In this document: positions 9,601 to 19,407 of the stretch, piece by piece
Layout: each line of letters begins with the position of its first letter
How positions within the stretch are numbered: position 1 is the stretch's first letter
DNA from: a virus
Virus record (IMG/VR): IMGVR_UViG_3300009285_000020
Location: 1 to 45,172 of that record
Length of the DNA: 45,172 bases
Reading direction: 5' to 3' (one strand)
Position numbers and translations under genes: made by a program
Notes under the pieces: generated by a model
The model's input: only the letters and a program-made list of their open reading frames with translations
Database searches by the model: none
What the model was told of the DNA's origin: nothing

Positions 9601-11939
9601 CTTCCTTTCTCTCCAGCCGCCATCGGTGGCTTGGCAGGCTTCGACGCTATTACAATTTTCGGTGTTTTTTGCAATGGCCGGGACGCGGTTTCAGGAACTG
9701 TAACAGGCTTCTTGGCAACCGGGGGTGCCTTGGGGGGAGGGGCGGAAACAGAAACGCCAGCATCGCTATCCGCGAGACCGGCGCCCTGTGTATCAGACCT
9801 CTGAGCGTTCCCGCCCAGTGCGCTTTTTTGTTCGGGAGCGCCTGCCCTAGCCGGTTTCCCGGCAACTTCAGAACCCATTATAGCACGGTTTTCGACGAGA
9901 TCGCGCAAGGATTTCGGATCGATGCTTTCACCCGCCAAAGGCTGCACGTCCAGCAATGTCGGGGTTTTGGGTTCAGGATAGTCGCGCCCAGTCGCCACTT
10001 TGAGCGCATTACGTAGCCTCGACGCTTGCACATCGGGGGCGTAAGTAGATTCCACATATCCCCCGATAACGCCCGTCAGTCCCTCTTTCTTGGCTTCTTT
10101 CATGAGGCTTGCCAAGTCGCGACGCTCTGCCGCACGTTCGACAAGTTCTGGCAAAGCCTCTCCCACCGAGCCTCGCTCCACCATTTTCGTTCGGTTGTAG
10201 AACTTGCTTGTGTGATGCTCGGCGTAGGGCAGGATTTCTTCAATGTCTCTAGCCGTAAGTCCCTTCAAATACGGCGACTCCCTGCCTAATTGCCTAGCCA
10301 TCTCTGTCGGAGTCATGGCTCCACGAGATCGAGCTGCGGCTGCATTCGTGCTCTGGGAGTAGTCTTGGTATCCGCGCCCCCAGTTGGGGCCTTCGTCAAT
10401 GCTTGCAAAGTAGGAGTCATCGAGTGACAGCGCCCGTCGCCACATTGCGACTGTCGTTTCGCGCTCCAGATCGGCAAGTTGGGAACTGCGTTTCCAGTCC
10501 TTCCGCAATGTTGCGTGTTCAGCCGCCTCCTTTGCGCGTTGATTGAACTCTGATATGAGCCTTTCGGCGTTTGCTTCGACCCACTGGCGGTTCGGGTCAC
10601 CTGCAACCGTAGCCCCATCCTCTGCGATGAGGTCAAAATATGGTTTGCCTGCCTTAGTGGTGCGCTCGCGAATCTCCCACCGCTCTTTCCCCGCCGCCGT
10701 CGAACCAACTGGCGCTTTGGGTTCGGGGGTGGGTGAGTCGGAAACAACGTCACGGCGCTTTACCGGAGTCGTGAACCTGGGGCCACGCTCTCGCAATTCG
10801 TCCTTAACCGCATTGACCCGCGCAATCTCTTCGGGTGATCGAGGCGTTTTGCTGGGGCGGTCAAAAGCATCTATCTCAGCTACGATTTCGTCGTAGGACA
10901 TCGCCGAAACAGACTTCGGACCCGCTACCGGGGGGGTCAATTCGTCAGCGGGGCTTGCAGGGGCCTTTGCGGGCGTTCTGCGTTTGGGGGTGGGTTTGGG
11001 CTTTGTGGCCGCTCCCGGCGTCAAATCCCACAGATCATTCAATCCCGCTTTTGTTTCAGCGGGAAGCACCTGCAACAGCTTATTCAACGCTTGCGGGTTT
11101 GCTCCGGCACGGCGGGTTTCAATAAAAGCTCGGCGAATGTTCGCTGTGTTTCTTGAAGCCATTGCCGTCACCAGCGCATCCGTGGCAACGGCAGCCCCTT
11201 TCAACAACGCTTTGCCAGTTTGGACGGGGAATAGCATAAGCGCGAGGTTGCCGATTGCGCGGAGATGTTCTTCACCCGAACTCCTTGGGTCCATCGCTAC
11301 CCCAACGTCCGCGATGATGTTTGACGGGAGCGCAAGAGTGCCGCCGACTAACGTTCCACCGATAGTCGCTCCGATCTTACCGACGATGCCCGGAGGAGCC
11401 GTTATCTGAAAAGCGGTTGTAGCCGCACGAACCAAGTTTTCAGTATCTTCATTTGCCATCCGCGCAACGTCCATCGCGGACATGCGGTTCTTCCCAGACT
11501 TGTATTCGGCTAGGCGTCTTGCCTGTTCTTTAGGACCAGCGTAACCTCGAATGGCTTTCGCTACAGGCGCTTCTGGGATGTACTGCGGAGGCCCTTGCTT
11601 GGGAGCAAGGGGTGGCCCGATAAAGCCTGCGGGCCTTGCAGGGGCTACGGGAGGGCCTTGCTTTAGCGACCTCGTTCCGAGAACCCCCATCTGGGTGCCG
11701 CTACGCCCGCCTGTGCTTGGGGCCGGTGCAAAGCCGCCAAATGGGTTCATCGGGGCTAACGGAGCGCGGTTCGCCGCCGTGTCCTCGTGAGCGATGGAGG
11801 AACGCCTGGAAGCCGCACTGTACTTGGAAATGAAGTCGTTAGCGATCACCCGCATCTCGTCGTCGGACGCGCCTTTGGACTGCATCTCTACAAGGATGGA
11901 GTCAAGCCGCGTTCGGTCTTTCTCGGCGAGTTGAGGCAT
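6639..11939 (-). CDS. Giant internal virion / ejection protein (1766 aa; T7 gp16 position)
   Basis: Track ORF 6639..12167. ATG 11939 forms a TAATG overlap with the upstream stop. The protein has long coiled-coil/low-complexity stretches and a conserved-looking C-terminal ~500 aa. Confidence 0.85.
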   Translation of the reverse strand: MPQLAEKDRTRLDSILVEMQSKGASDDEMRVIANDFISKYSAASRRSSIAHEDTAANRAPLAPMNPFGGFAPAPSTGGRSGTQMGVLGTRSLKQGPPVAPARPAGFIGPPLAPKQGPPQYIPEAPVAKAIRGYAGPKEQARRLAEYKSGKNRMSAMDVARMANEDTENLVRAATTAFQITAPPGIVGKIGATIGGTLVGGTLALPSNIIADVGVAMDPRSSGEEHLRAIGNLALMLFPVQTGKALLKGAAVATDALVTAMASRNTANIRRAFIETRRAGANPQALNKLLQVLPAETKAGLNDLWDLTPGAATKPKPTPKRRTPAKAPASPADELTPPVAGPKSVSAMSYDEIVAEIDAFDRPSKTPRSPEEIARVNAVKDELRERGPRFTTPVKRRDVVSDSPTPEPKAPVGSTAAGKERWEIRERTTKAGKPYFDLIAEDGATVAGDPNRQWVEANAERLISEFNQRAKEAAEHATLRKDWKRSSQLADLERETTVAMWRRALSLDDSYFASIDEGPNWGRGYQDYSQSTNAAAARSRGAMTPTEMARQLGRESPYLKGLTARDIEEILPYAEHHTSKFYNRTKMVERGSVGEALPELVERAAERRDLASLMKEAKKEGLTGVIGGYVESTYAPDVQASRLRNALKVATGRDYPEPKTPTLLDVQPLAGESIDPKSLRDLVENRAIMGSEVAGKPARAGAPEQKSALGGNAQRSDTQGAGLADSDAGVSVSAPPPKAPPVAKKPVTVPETASRPLQKTPKIVIASKPAKPPMAAGEKGRVDAAISRLDAEIAALEAKTKPKGPKPTKLTGGTAKLSSDDFELLAKRIARYSLKEYKTVAEGIAEFASHIPEYANRLRVRVASILSKEGIAEPPKRNVEIKHEATEALREEIDIPAYQRDPTLRSKISTKAKADTKGQAQVERTVESEVIPGTRNLNEYEQELAARQFANLLVERDEIAGRLAKAATDEEKASWSAKSDAITKRIHNLAEGLDRTGSSWSRMGVSRRLLKRNASSRQQLYLDIEQAIRNRNVKGKSTFRKRAEDLGDELETMVKYREGLEAKIGDAAVETEVRAARKGAKADGTLEGALSSARKAKTDIEFNHAVRRVARKIVERNPKITLEELYAELMDEIPGRGLDPQSIRRIMGRLDDPRGSKTATEAQKRFQVLTNEASLTERIADALDGKFPEGVTKASEEAYIKDLRRRLKEVVKQGKLEKGIEPQQIRLRGKLQKALEILEGRAAKDPKKVRPADPKEIADLKASLAELNKQINARERIAQLEYEIRTGDFSTPKAKAPESPEMTKLRAKERTLQAKRNALLEEAGGKPWWEWGFEVGNWDRPVQSSLDDSGLGRQNLVLLMRALRQGRFKDVGNTVLQSLKLLGSKNPDELAATIQNHIEGRWSYDEALKAKLNLSDPMLGGGSEFFHGSLIKRATQAMAQSKIPGIRQLGQATKSLLDRSEHAMVGMGNLFRSNDFENYLIHAPSAPDDAKAIFGEYLNTISGLPKMGEILPGSKSIGARLARQFIYATKFAWSRWKSPTYLLKTGAIGKEARKDFLTTAGFVYGSMKAGEAAGLWEVDSNPASGNFLKIKIGNTRYDPWGGFLGPARIGLRSLNALFGYAFFDDEKFSDKREILNVLTQQAAYKLSPAANRLLWIPTKEYGMEKDVPWQTMAYGRSAPLWIQDAMEIVENDDARLASFISPFVFFGGGATSYQDDSNFLKLSPAERQFYIDKKVKKAKEKIPGLIQGMPQKIEKAKEKTREMAGSR

Positions 11940-13372
11940 TAGTATTTGATTCCCAAACGGTCTTTGATGGCTTGTGCCGACGAATCGGAACCTATAGACT
12001 TGCTCGCTGCGCCAAGCGCGGCATACCCTTCGTTGATGGTCTTGAGAGCGCCTACAAGCTGCTGGTACGCCTCGTATCTGTTGACAGGGCCGCTTCCCAG
12101 GTCGATTACGTCCTTTGATCCTTTCTCGGGAATATCCTGGAACTTGATACCGCTTACGGACATCCACGGAGCGACTTGCTGAATCTGGCGCTTGATCTCG
12201 CCCTCTCTGGCCTGCAACAGCAATCGCTGTTCCTTTTGTTCCTGCAACGATGTTGCCGCTTTAGGAGGAGCGAACCCGCCTGCGTCTGCTTTGACCTTGT
12301 TAAGTCTCGCAGATTCGCGTCGTTGGCCGATGAGGGCGCGGGTGGCCAAAAGGTCTAGTTGCAACTTCTCCGGCAATAGGTTGATCTTTGCGGTGATCTC
12401 TTTGATCTTGAGCGGGTCGATGAGCTTTGCCGTGGCAAGCTGCTGGATCAAAACGTTCGCGCTCGCCGAAAGTTGTCTGGTTTTTGCCAAATCAAGGGTT
12501 TCCCCTGCGGTGCTGCGGGATGCCTGGGCCTCGATGTCTTCATCCGTAAAGTTCTGCCATTTCACAGGGTTCATATCCCTGAGCGCCTGCATAAACTCGG
12601 CCTTCTGAACAGGATCGCCTCGATATTGCCTAATCGCAGTGAGCAACGCCCGTTCAGTCAATCCACCTTCCTTCACGCCGAGCATCTTTTCCATGCTATC
12701 CCGTTCAAGCTGCTTAACAGCAAGAGCGGACTGGTTGCCCATCTGTTCGATCTCACGCTTCAGATCAGCCTCGCGCTCAAACTTGGCGGTGTCTTGCTGT
12801 TGCCCCATCATTGCGCTCGACTGCGACATTAGCAAATCGGCGTCTTGGAAATACTCCTGAGCGTTGATCTTCGCAAGGTCCGCGTTCATGCCGCGCTTCG
12901 CCATCTCTTCTTCGACGGCTTGGTCCTGCGTTTGCTTCCTCGCGCCAAGGAACCCTTTGCCGAACCCCGCAAGTTCGCTGTCGTCAATTCCCAACAACTT
13001 GCCGAGCGCGATCAGGCCCAACCCTCTAACAAGCTCGTTCTTAGAAAGAAGCGGCTTGCGCTGTGGCATAGGCTGGTTGATGGCCTTTCGCATTTCGCCG
13101 TGCCCTGCTTCGCGTTTTGCCTTTGCCGATGTCTCGAACATCCCCGGCAGCTTCTGAAACACCTGGTCGGCAAGGTCCGCCATATCCAGCATCCCACCCA
13201 TGTCAGGGATGCCCATCCCGCCACTGGGAGAAGCCGGGGCAGGCATCCCCGTTGACATACCGGACAAAGCCCCAGGCGCGATCATGCCCCGCATCAACTC
13301 CTCGAAAGGAGGACGAACGCCTATCGGATAACCAGCACCTTGTGTCATGGCTTTCCTGCCAGCGGCGACCAT
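11939..13372 (-). CDS. Internal virion protein, 477 aa (coiled-coil rich; gp15 position)
   Basis: Track ORF. Call based on gene order after the nozzle gene. Confidence 0.75.
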   Translation of the reverse strand: MVAAGRKAMTQGAGYPIGVRPPFEELMRGMIAPGALSGMSTGMPAPASPSGGMGIPDMGGMLDMADLADQVFQKLPGMFETSAKAKREAGHGEMRKAINQPMPQRKPLLSKNELVRGLGLIALGKLLGIDDSELAGFGKGFLGARKQTQDQAVEEEMAKRGMNADLAKINAQEYFQDADLLMSQSSAMMGQQQDTAKFEREADLKREIEQMGNQSALAVKQLERDSMEKMLGVKEGGLTERALLTAIRQYRGDPVQKAEFMQALRDMNPVKWQNFTDEDIEAQASRSTAGETLDLAKTRQLSASANVLIQQLATAKLIDPLKIKEITAKINLLPEKLQLDLLATRALIGQRRESARLNKVKADAGGFAPPKAATSLQEQKEQRLLLQAREGEIKRQIQQVAPWMSVSGIKFQDIPEKGSKDVIDLGSGPVNRYEAYQQLVGALKTINEGYAALGAASKSIGSDSSAQAIKDRLGIKY

Positions 13373-13917
13373 CCAAGCCCAGACGCCATGCCTACGAGTT
13401 CGCCCAAACCGCCGAGTCCTTGCTTCTTAGGCGTCATCCCCTTAATCTGGGCCGCGTGGCCTGTAATGCCCTTGGCGTAATCCGTCATCGGCGTCTCGAA
13501 CGCCATGCCGAGCGCCCTTTGAACCAACTGGGTCAACATATCCTGGCCTTCCGGCCCATACAGATTCGACAAGAACCCTGACTGCGCCTGGTTGCCAATG
13601 TTCGCTGCCTCGATGTCGGCCCCGCCCGCAAACGCGGGGTTCCTTGCAACAAGAGAGCGGGTTCCAAGCCTTGCTTGGCCTGATGCCTGGCGCCCGATCA
13701 TTGGAGCGCGAGCCGCAAAATTACCGGGAGTCGCACCTGCGAGGGTATTGCGAAGGAACCCTTGTCTCTGAGGTGCCATATCCGCCAGAAAGTTTCCCTC
13801 CTGCATGAGTGAAGGGATGAGGCGAACAAACATCTCCCGAAAGAAGTTCTGAGTCGGAGCGTTTTTTGTCGTGAACTTGGCTGGATCAAGCCCCGCGAAT
13901 ATGCCATTAGCCGCCAT
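13345..13917 (-). CDS. Internal virion protein, 190 aa (gp14 position)
   Basis: Track ORF. Call based on gene order. Confidence 0.65.
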   Translation of the reverse strand: MAANGIFAGLDPAKFTTKNAPTQNFFREMFVRLIPSLMQEGNFLADMAPQRQGFLRNTLAGATPGNFAARAPMIGRQASGQARLGTRSLVARNPAFAGGADIEAANIGNQAQSGFLSNLYGPEGQDMLTQLVQRALGMAFETPMTDYAKGITGHAAQIKGMTPKKQGLGGLGELVGMASGLGWSPLAGKP

Positions 13918-14500
13918 TTGGATTCACCCACGTTGCGCCCCCACCCAAAAACTGTGCCCGAAGCTCAATTCGGTCTACGTTGCCGAGACTCATGAAGTCT
14001 ATCACATTCCTCCCTTGCCTAAAGTACCAGTTCTCGTTCCTGTTGGCCGAATACTCGGCAATCACCCCGTTAATTTGAATCTGAATGGCGTTCGCCGTCC
14101 AGTTTTCTCCCACGATCCTAACGGCCACATTGAACGCCAAGGCCGCATCGAACACGAACCGATGCCTAAAAGCTCTCGAACTCGAAGTGTTCCACACGAA
14201 GGACCCGGTAGCCGTCACCAGGTCATACTTGACCCGGTTCGATGCCGTGGAATCGTCAAACTGCCCATTCCAATCGGTCGTGGACGTGTAAGTGCCGCCG
14301 CTCCGCTCTACTCCTTGCCAATACGGGGCCTGGACCGAATAGGTGTTTTGGACATTCTGACGGGTGGTGCGGCGTCCGCCAATCTGCAAAGACAGGTCCG
14401 AAACAAGGCCCTTGAGCCTTCGGACCTCCGTTTGCAGCACATCAATCTCAGGGGACGCTTCCGGCACCGGATTCCCTCCTGTGATCGGATTCGATGTCAA
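13907..14500 (-). CDS. Structural protein, 197 aa (short coiled coil plus a beta-rich domain)
   Basis: Track ORF. It overlaps the nozzle gene end by 53 nt, so the start is uncertain. Confidence 0.6.
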   Translation of the reverse strand: MTSNPITGGNPVPEASPEIDVLQTEVRRLKGLVSDLSLQIGGRRTTRQNVQNTYSVQAPYWQGVERSGGTYTSTTDWNGQFDDSTASNRVKYDLVTATGSFVWNTSSSRAFRHRFVFDAALAFNVAVRIVGENWTANAIQIQINGVIAEYSANRNENWYFRQGRNVIDFMSLGNVDRIELRAQFLGGGATWVNPNGG

Positions 14501-17033
14501 CAGCGAGAATGCGCTTGCCGCCTTTGAGAGTGCCCGTTAAAGACGGCTGGATGGCCCACCCACGCGCCTTGCCAGTCGGGGCCGTCAAGACCTCCATCAC
14601 CCACCCAGAACCACTTGCAGCGTTCAGCGATACCGTTCCAGGCAACGTCCCTCCCGATGGGAAGTGAAGCCGCGATCCTGTGAGGCTCGCGCTGGTCTGC
14701 GCATCCGCAACCACCCGGAACCTTCGCATCGAGAACTCCGTGTAATCCATCTGCATCGTGTAGCCCCAAGTGAGCGCAACACTGATGTCCGTGGACCCAT
14801 CCTGGGTTCTGCCGTAGTCCTCGTATTCGAGCAGCTTCCCAAGATAGGTGAGCACCAAAAGCCGTTCCGTGGACGTCTGAGGACGAACGAACTGGGCCAG
14901 GTTGTAGCCGCTCGGATAGGCTCCGTCATCGAATATCCACTCATCGAGCAAAAGGCTGTACCCAAGGCATCTGTCGTTGATTGTTGCCGAGTTCGTGGAG
15001 TAGCCCACATAGAGAACCTCGTCCACAACCTCGCAGGTGACCGTGTACCTTGCGGCGGCAGGCGTGACGCCCCGGTAGTTGAGCTTGTTGTCCACTCGGA
15101 ACCGCGAAGGTGTATCAATACCGCCGTTCGACAACATCCGAATCTGCATGTCCGTCGTGTCGAAGAAGAACAGCTTGCCCCGGTATTCCACCACTGATCT
15201 TGGCGCTTCCGAACCGTGCGGAGCCACCTTTGAGAAGTTCCCGATGATCGAATAGTAGTCCCTGCCAATCGTGGACCACACCGACTTGTCCGTCACGAGG
15301 AACATCTGCGAAGTCCCAAGCGTGGAAACCGTGGAAGAAAGAATCCGTGTCGGGCCTTCGGACATTACCGGCAAATACACCGGAGCCCGTTCGTCTTGCT
15401 CGTTTGGAAGATTGAACCGACGATATCGCCAGGGGTTGTCAAGCTCGCTGGCGAAAAGCTCATACTTCTTGACTGCGCCCGTGTCGTAAGAGCCGATCAC
15501 CCAGAGCCGTCCATTGGACCACCAGGCGTCCTTAATGGCCGTTGGCAATGGAGAGTGCCCGAATACCGGAAGCCTAATTGCCTTGTCCTTGTCCTCTGGT
15601 TCCGTCGAATCCGTTGCCGATTCAATCGTCAGAGCCGAACCCGAAGCATAGGACCAAGCATACGCTCCACCGGACCCCGCATTAGTCGAAAGCGTGACCG
15701 TCTTTGCGAGAAAATACTCTTCGTCGCCGAGGTCCTTGCGGTAAATCCTGAGCGCGTCCACTCCGTTCGACTGTTCCACGTCCGTCGTGTTTTGGTAGTA
15801 GCAAGTGGCAGAATACAACAGCCTGTAGTCAATCGGAATCCGAACCGTACCGCCCGCGCTTGTGGAAAGCGATCTTCCGCCAATGTCCTCAAGCCGAACC
15901 GACTCCATATTGCCGACAAACAGCCTTTGGCTCTCCGAACGGGTGTACTGTGAGAAGTAAGTGTAGGCGTACTGGGACGCACCAGGAACGGCTGTGCCAC
16001 CGCCGATGGCATAGATGTCGAGCGTTTGCGATGCCGAAGGAGCCGTAGCCGTTCCAAGCGTGAACCTAATTCGGTCTACGACATCCCTGCTCGTTGAAGC
16101 GATGGCATCCAAACTGAAGCTCCATACTTCACGCTTCGATGTGGGGTCAAGCGGAACCCGGACAATCGGCAATTCGCCATTCTGCCCCTCCCAGATGCTT
16201 GAATAAGTCCCTGACGAGTCCCGAATCTCAATCTTGCTGATCCACTCAAGCCACTGCGCCCAAGACGACTCCACCACCATATTCAGGGTATGGCACCCCG
16301 AAAGGTCTATCGTTGCCGTCCATTGAGCCTCTGCCGTCGAGTTCGCCGCCGCCGCCCCGGCAGACCTCGTGAGCCTGATGTTGCAGTCGGGAGCCGCGCC
16401 ATTGAGTGCCAGCGCGAAGTCCGCATCGGAGTTCGTATAAGCGGAAGGAGTCGTCCCGGCACCACCCGCAACATGGTAGGGTGCCCATGTGAACACCACC
16501 TTCTGTTGCTGCGCGTCCGAAGGGGGCGTGACGGCCTTGTGAATCCCCATCACGTCCGCGCCTTCAAATGCTCCGTAAATCCTGGGATTCTCCTCGTTCC
16601 CCCCAACAATCATAAATTCCAGCTTGTTCTGGGGATCGGTCACGAACCCATAGCCGAAGAAGTCCGTCACCGCCGATGCCGCCATTCGGGAGTTCCCGAA
16701 CTCGGAGGTCGTCGCCGTCCTTTCAAACCAGATGGACGTGCCTGGAAACGTGCTGTAAATCCGCGAGGTGGCTCCTCCTACGTCAAACACCGCCCAAAGC
16801 TCAGAACTGCCTGTAACAGACCCGTAGGCGCTGCCCCTGTGAGACGCACTTGCCACCGGAATGTCGGCATCCTGCCTGATCCCGTCCCTGACGGTGAAGA
16901 TGCCGTTAAACCACCGAAGGTTCTGAATCAGAATGTACCTTCCGGTGTCCTCCATCACGAACGGCGAACGCGCCGTCCAAAGCCCCTTGACGGGAGCGTT
17001 TACCGGGTGGAACAAGGGGTGAGGGTTCAGCAT
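14448..17033 (-). CDS. Tail tubular protein B / nozzle-like protein, 861 aa
   Basis: Called from size and position: it follows a ~220-aa adaptor-like gene and precedes core proteins, as T7 gp12 does. No motif verified. Confidence 0.6.
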   Translation of the reverse strand: MLNPHPLFHPVNAPVKGLWTARSPFVMEDTGRYILIQNLRWFNGIFTVRDGIRQDADIPVASASHRGSAYGSVTGSSELWAVFDVGGATSRIYSTFPGTSIWFERTATTSEFGNSRMAASAVTDFFGYGFVTDPQNKLEFMIVGGNEENPRIYGAFEGADVMGIHKAVTPPSDAQQQKVVFTWAPYHVAGGAGTTPSAYTNSDADFALALNGAAPDCNIRLTRSAGAAAANSTAEAQWTATIDLSGCHTLNMVVESSWAQWLEWISKIEIRDSSGTYSSIWEGQNGELPIVRVPLDPTSKREVWSFSLDAIASTSRDVVDRIRFTLGTATAPSASQTLDIYAIGGGTAVPGASQYAYTYFSQYTRSESQRLFVGNMESVRLEDIGGRSLSTSAGGTVRIPIDYRLLYSATCYYQNTTDVEQSNGVDALRIYRKDLGDEEYFLAKTVTLSTNAGSGGAYAWSYASGSALTIESATDSTEPEDKDKAIRLPVFGHSPLPTAIKDAWWSNGRLWVIGSYDTGAVKKYELFASELDNPWRYRRFNLPNEQDERAPVYLPVMSEGPTRILSSTVSTLGTSQMFLVTDKSVWSTIGRDYYSIIGNFSKVAPHGSEAPRSVVEYRGKLFFFDTTDMQIRMLSNGGIDTPSRFRVDNKLNYRGVTPAAARYTVTCEVVDEVLYVGYSTNSATINDRCLGYSLLLDEWIFDDGAYPSGYNLAQFVRPQTSTERLLVLTYLGKLLEYEDYGRTQDGSTDISVALTWGYTMQMDYTEFSMRRFRVVADAQTSASLTGSRLHFPSGGTLPGTVSLNAASGSGWVMEVLTAPTGKARGWAIQPSLTGTLKGGKRILAVDIESDHRRESGAGSVP

Positions 17034-17094
17034 TTCGTTTCTAAGGTAGGGCCGTCCGACTATCCGGGCGGGGGCCGTAGGATGCCTCGCGGCC

Positions 17095-17769
17095 CTATCT
17101 TGGTTGCGCGGTCTGCGCGATCCAAGGCTGGATGTGTGGAACGTTCCCCGCCATGAACGTCTGCATCTTGGCGGTTAGTTTCATCACCGCAGGGTCGTAA
17201 AGCTCTTTCTTGAACGCATCGGCTTCCTCCATCCTCCCCCACATCATCAAGTACCTCCACCAGATTCCATGCAGGTAGGGGTCCATCTCGTCAATAATTG
17301 TTGGGAGATTAGTGGTAAGGGTTTGCTTTCTGGAAACGTAGAGTCTCACTTGAGGGTAAGACCCCGAAGTAGCGGTGTCCGGTGACTTGTAAAATCCAAG
17401 CATCCTCGCGCCCGATGAGTTCACCGTCATGTAGGCGTAAGTAGGTTCCCCGTTTGCTGCCGTTCTCCATCTGCCCCGGTTCAAATCTAGCCATCGTTCC
17501 GTCGTGAACGTGAGCTTTTTGTCGTCCTGGGCCGAAGAGGACCGAATGTAGTACGCCACCCACACCCTCAAAGTGGAATCGTCAATCGCGTAAGTCTTAG
17601 TGCCAACCACGAGTGCCGTAAGGTTCTCTTCGGCCAGAACGATAGGCACTCTCGCAAGAATGTCGTCGTGGACCTCTTGCATCAGTGTAGCCGTGTCCGT
17701 TCCCCCGTCGTCAAGATCGGGGTACCGCTTCTTCGCTCTTGTCTGAACATCTGCTACAATTACCGCCAT
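17095..17769 (-). CDS. Adaptor / tail tubular protein A-like, 224 aa
   Basis: Track ORF. Position and size match T7 gp11. Confidence 0.55.
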   Translation of the reverse strand: MAVIVADVQTRAKKRYPDLDDGGTDTATLMQEVHDDILARVPIVLAEENLTALVVGTKTYAIDDSTLRVWVAYYIRSSSAQDDKKLTFTTERWLDLNRGRWRTAANGEPTYAYMTVNSSGARMLGFYKSPDTATSGSYPQVRLYVSRKQTLTTNLPTIIDEMDPYLHGIWWRYLMMWGRMEEADAFKKELYDPAVMKLTAKMQTFMAGNVPHIQPWIAQTAQPR

Positions 17770-18480
17770 CTACTCTGGCCTCCAACCACGGTCATAGGCA
17801 AAATCGACAATAGGCCCTGCTTCTGTTTGACGAAGCCTCGAACCTGGACACACAAGACCCGTCTCTTGGCATTGAGCGGCGGCCAAGGCGTCGCTTGCGT
17901 CTATCGGAATCCCATAACCCATTTCCCTGCCTCCGGTATGGGCGAAAATTCCTTGTGCATAGTCGATCTGCATGTAAGCCGCAGTCCCTGCAACAATGCA
18001 CTTAGCCGATACCGCGATCCCAAAATTGGAATCGAGGTCCGCACCATCCAAATCAAGCCCGAAGTCCCCAAGCGAGATTTGGTTCCCATATACGTCAAAG
18101 TCGGTTGTGAAACACTCGTACCTCGTTGGGAACATCAGGCCCGCAACGTTGTTCCCAACGATTACGCCAGATTGCACAAGCCTAACGTCGTCAATCTCAA
18201 CTCTCGCGGTGCCCGAACTCTTGCCGAAAACTAACCGAAGGCCAATGCCTGCGATTAAAATAGTCGAAGCGAGCGAAAGCCCAAACGCACTTAGATTGGC
18301 GTAAGGCGTATATTCCCCAACAGCCGAAACCGCAGGGGACGTTGCGTAGTTTGCGTCCTCTGCGGTTTCCCAACTTGCTGGAAACGTCCACGATCCTCCA
18401 ACTGAACCGCCCTTAGCGAGAGTTGCAAAAACCGTTGGCGCAAGGAAGTTAACCATTGCGCTTAGGCGGCAACTCATCAT
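17770..18480 (-). CDS. Structural hypothetical protein, about 230 aa
   Basis: Track ORF. The start is ambiguous (ATG 18480/18477 or ATG 18456). Confidence 0.6.
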   Translation of the reverse strand: MMSCRLSAMVNFLAPTVFATLAKGGSVGGSWTFPASWETAEDANYATSPAVSAVGEYTPYANLSAFGLSLASTILIAGIGLRLVFGKSSGTARVEIDDVRLVQSGVIVGNNVAGLMFPTRYECFTTDFDVYGNQISLGDFGLDLDGADLDSNFGIAVSAKCIVAGTAAYMQIDYAQGIFAHTGGREMGYGIPIDASDALAAAQCQETGLVCPGSRLRQTEAGPIVDFAYDRGWRPE

Positions 18481-18646
18481 ACTCGGCAGAATGCTCTACA
18501 GTCCAACCTGTCGATTGAATCGTAACCTTGTCAAGAGACGCGGCCCCCGTCTTGAGATCAGTAAGCAACTGCATAGTACGTGTATGGAACTCCACGTATT
18601 CCTGCATTTGTTCTGCTTGCCGACCGTACATCTCGTAGATTTTCAT
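18449..18646 (-). CDS. Hypothetical protein, 65 aa
   Basis: Track ORF. Confidence 0.5.
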   Translation of the reverse strand: MKIYEMYGRQAEQMQEYVEFHTRTMQLLTDLKTGAASLDKVTIQSTGWTVEHSAEYDELPPKRNG

Positions 18647-18666
18647 TGTGCCCGCCCAAAGTGTAA

Positions 18667-18683
18667 GCCCCCTGCGAGGGGGC
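18667..18683 (-). terminator. GC hairpin just after the capsid gene pair (attenuator/terminator-like)
   Basis: GCCCCCT-GCG-AGGGGGC is a perfect 7-bp stem, located 8 nt after the stop at 18691. The U-tract is weak (TTACACTTT). Confidence 0.4.
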
Positions 18684-18690
18684 CTACGCC

Positions 18691-19395
18691 TTACGTTGTT
18701 GGATCAGTCGTGACGACCGAAACCGCAGTCGCGGCATCGGTATCGTGGACTAGGTAGTAGGTGGTGCCGTTTGCGCCCTTGAAGGCCCAAAGAACGACCT
18801 CATTGCCCGATCCGTTTACGAACTCAGACCCCGTGGAGTCGATTCCGTAACGGAACCGCTCCGCGCTCGTGGAGTCAATGTCGATTGCGGACGTAACACG
18901 CTTCCCGCCCGTAATATCCTCGTTGACGATTCGGATTCCACAACCACCCGTAATCGTTGCGCCGTCTTCAGTTTGAAGTTTCACCTGAAGGCCAACCATA
19001 TCGGTGACCGTTCCAGTGTACGCCGAGTGCATCTGCGCCTCGATACTCGCCCCAAACAGGTTCGTGATGTTACCCGTCGCCCCGCTATTGGTATATGCGG
19101 TGATGTAAGCGCCTTGGATGGTGCCCACCGCTACCGCAGCAGTCCGTCTCGCTCCGGCTTCAAGAGCCCTGATCGTAGACGTGTTAGCAACAGAGGTATC
19201 TACCTGAAGATAAATACCCTGAAACTGGGTGTTCACAAGCGCCGATGTGTACCTAAGCTCCCACGCCTCTCCGTAAGAGTGGTCGGCAGGAATGGAGATT
19301 GCAGCACCAGCGGGTGTATTGGTAGACACCCGCTTGTTAGTGCTTGCAAAGACTAGATGCGGAGAAGTGATGTGTGACCGTGTTAGGTTCCCCAT
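18691..19395 (-). CDS. Abundant structural protein, 234 aa (capsid-associated?)
   Basis: Track ORF with a strong AAGGAGAAG RBS, immediately downstream of the major capsid gene. Confidence 0.75.
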   Translation of the reverse strand: MGNLTRSHITSPHLVFASTNKRVSTNTPAGAAISIPADHSYGEAWELRYTSALVNTQFQGIYLQVDTSVANTSTIRALEAGARRTAAVAVGTIQGAYITAYTNSGATGNITNLFGASIEAQMHSAYTGTVTDMVGLQVKLQTEDGATITGGCGIRIVNEDITGGKRVTSAIDIDSTSAERFRYGIDSTGSEFVNGSGNEVVLWAFKGANGTTYYLVHDTDAATAVSVVTTDPTT

Positions 19396-19407
19396 TTCGT
19401 CTTCTCC

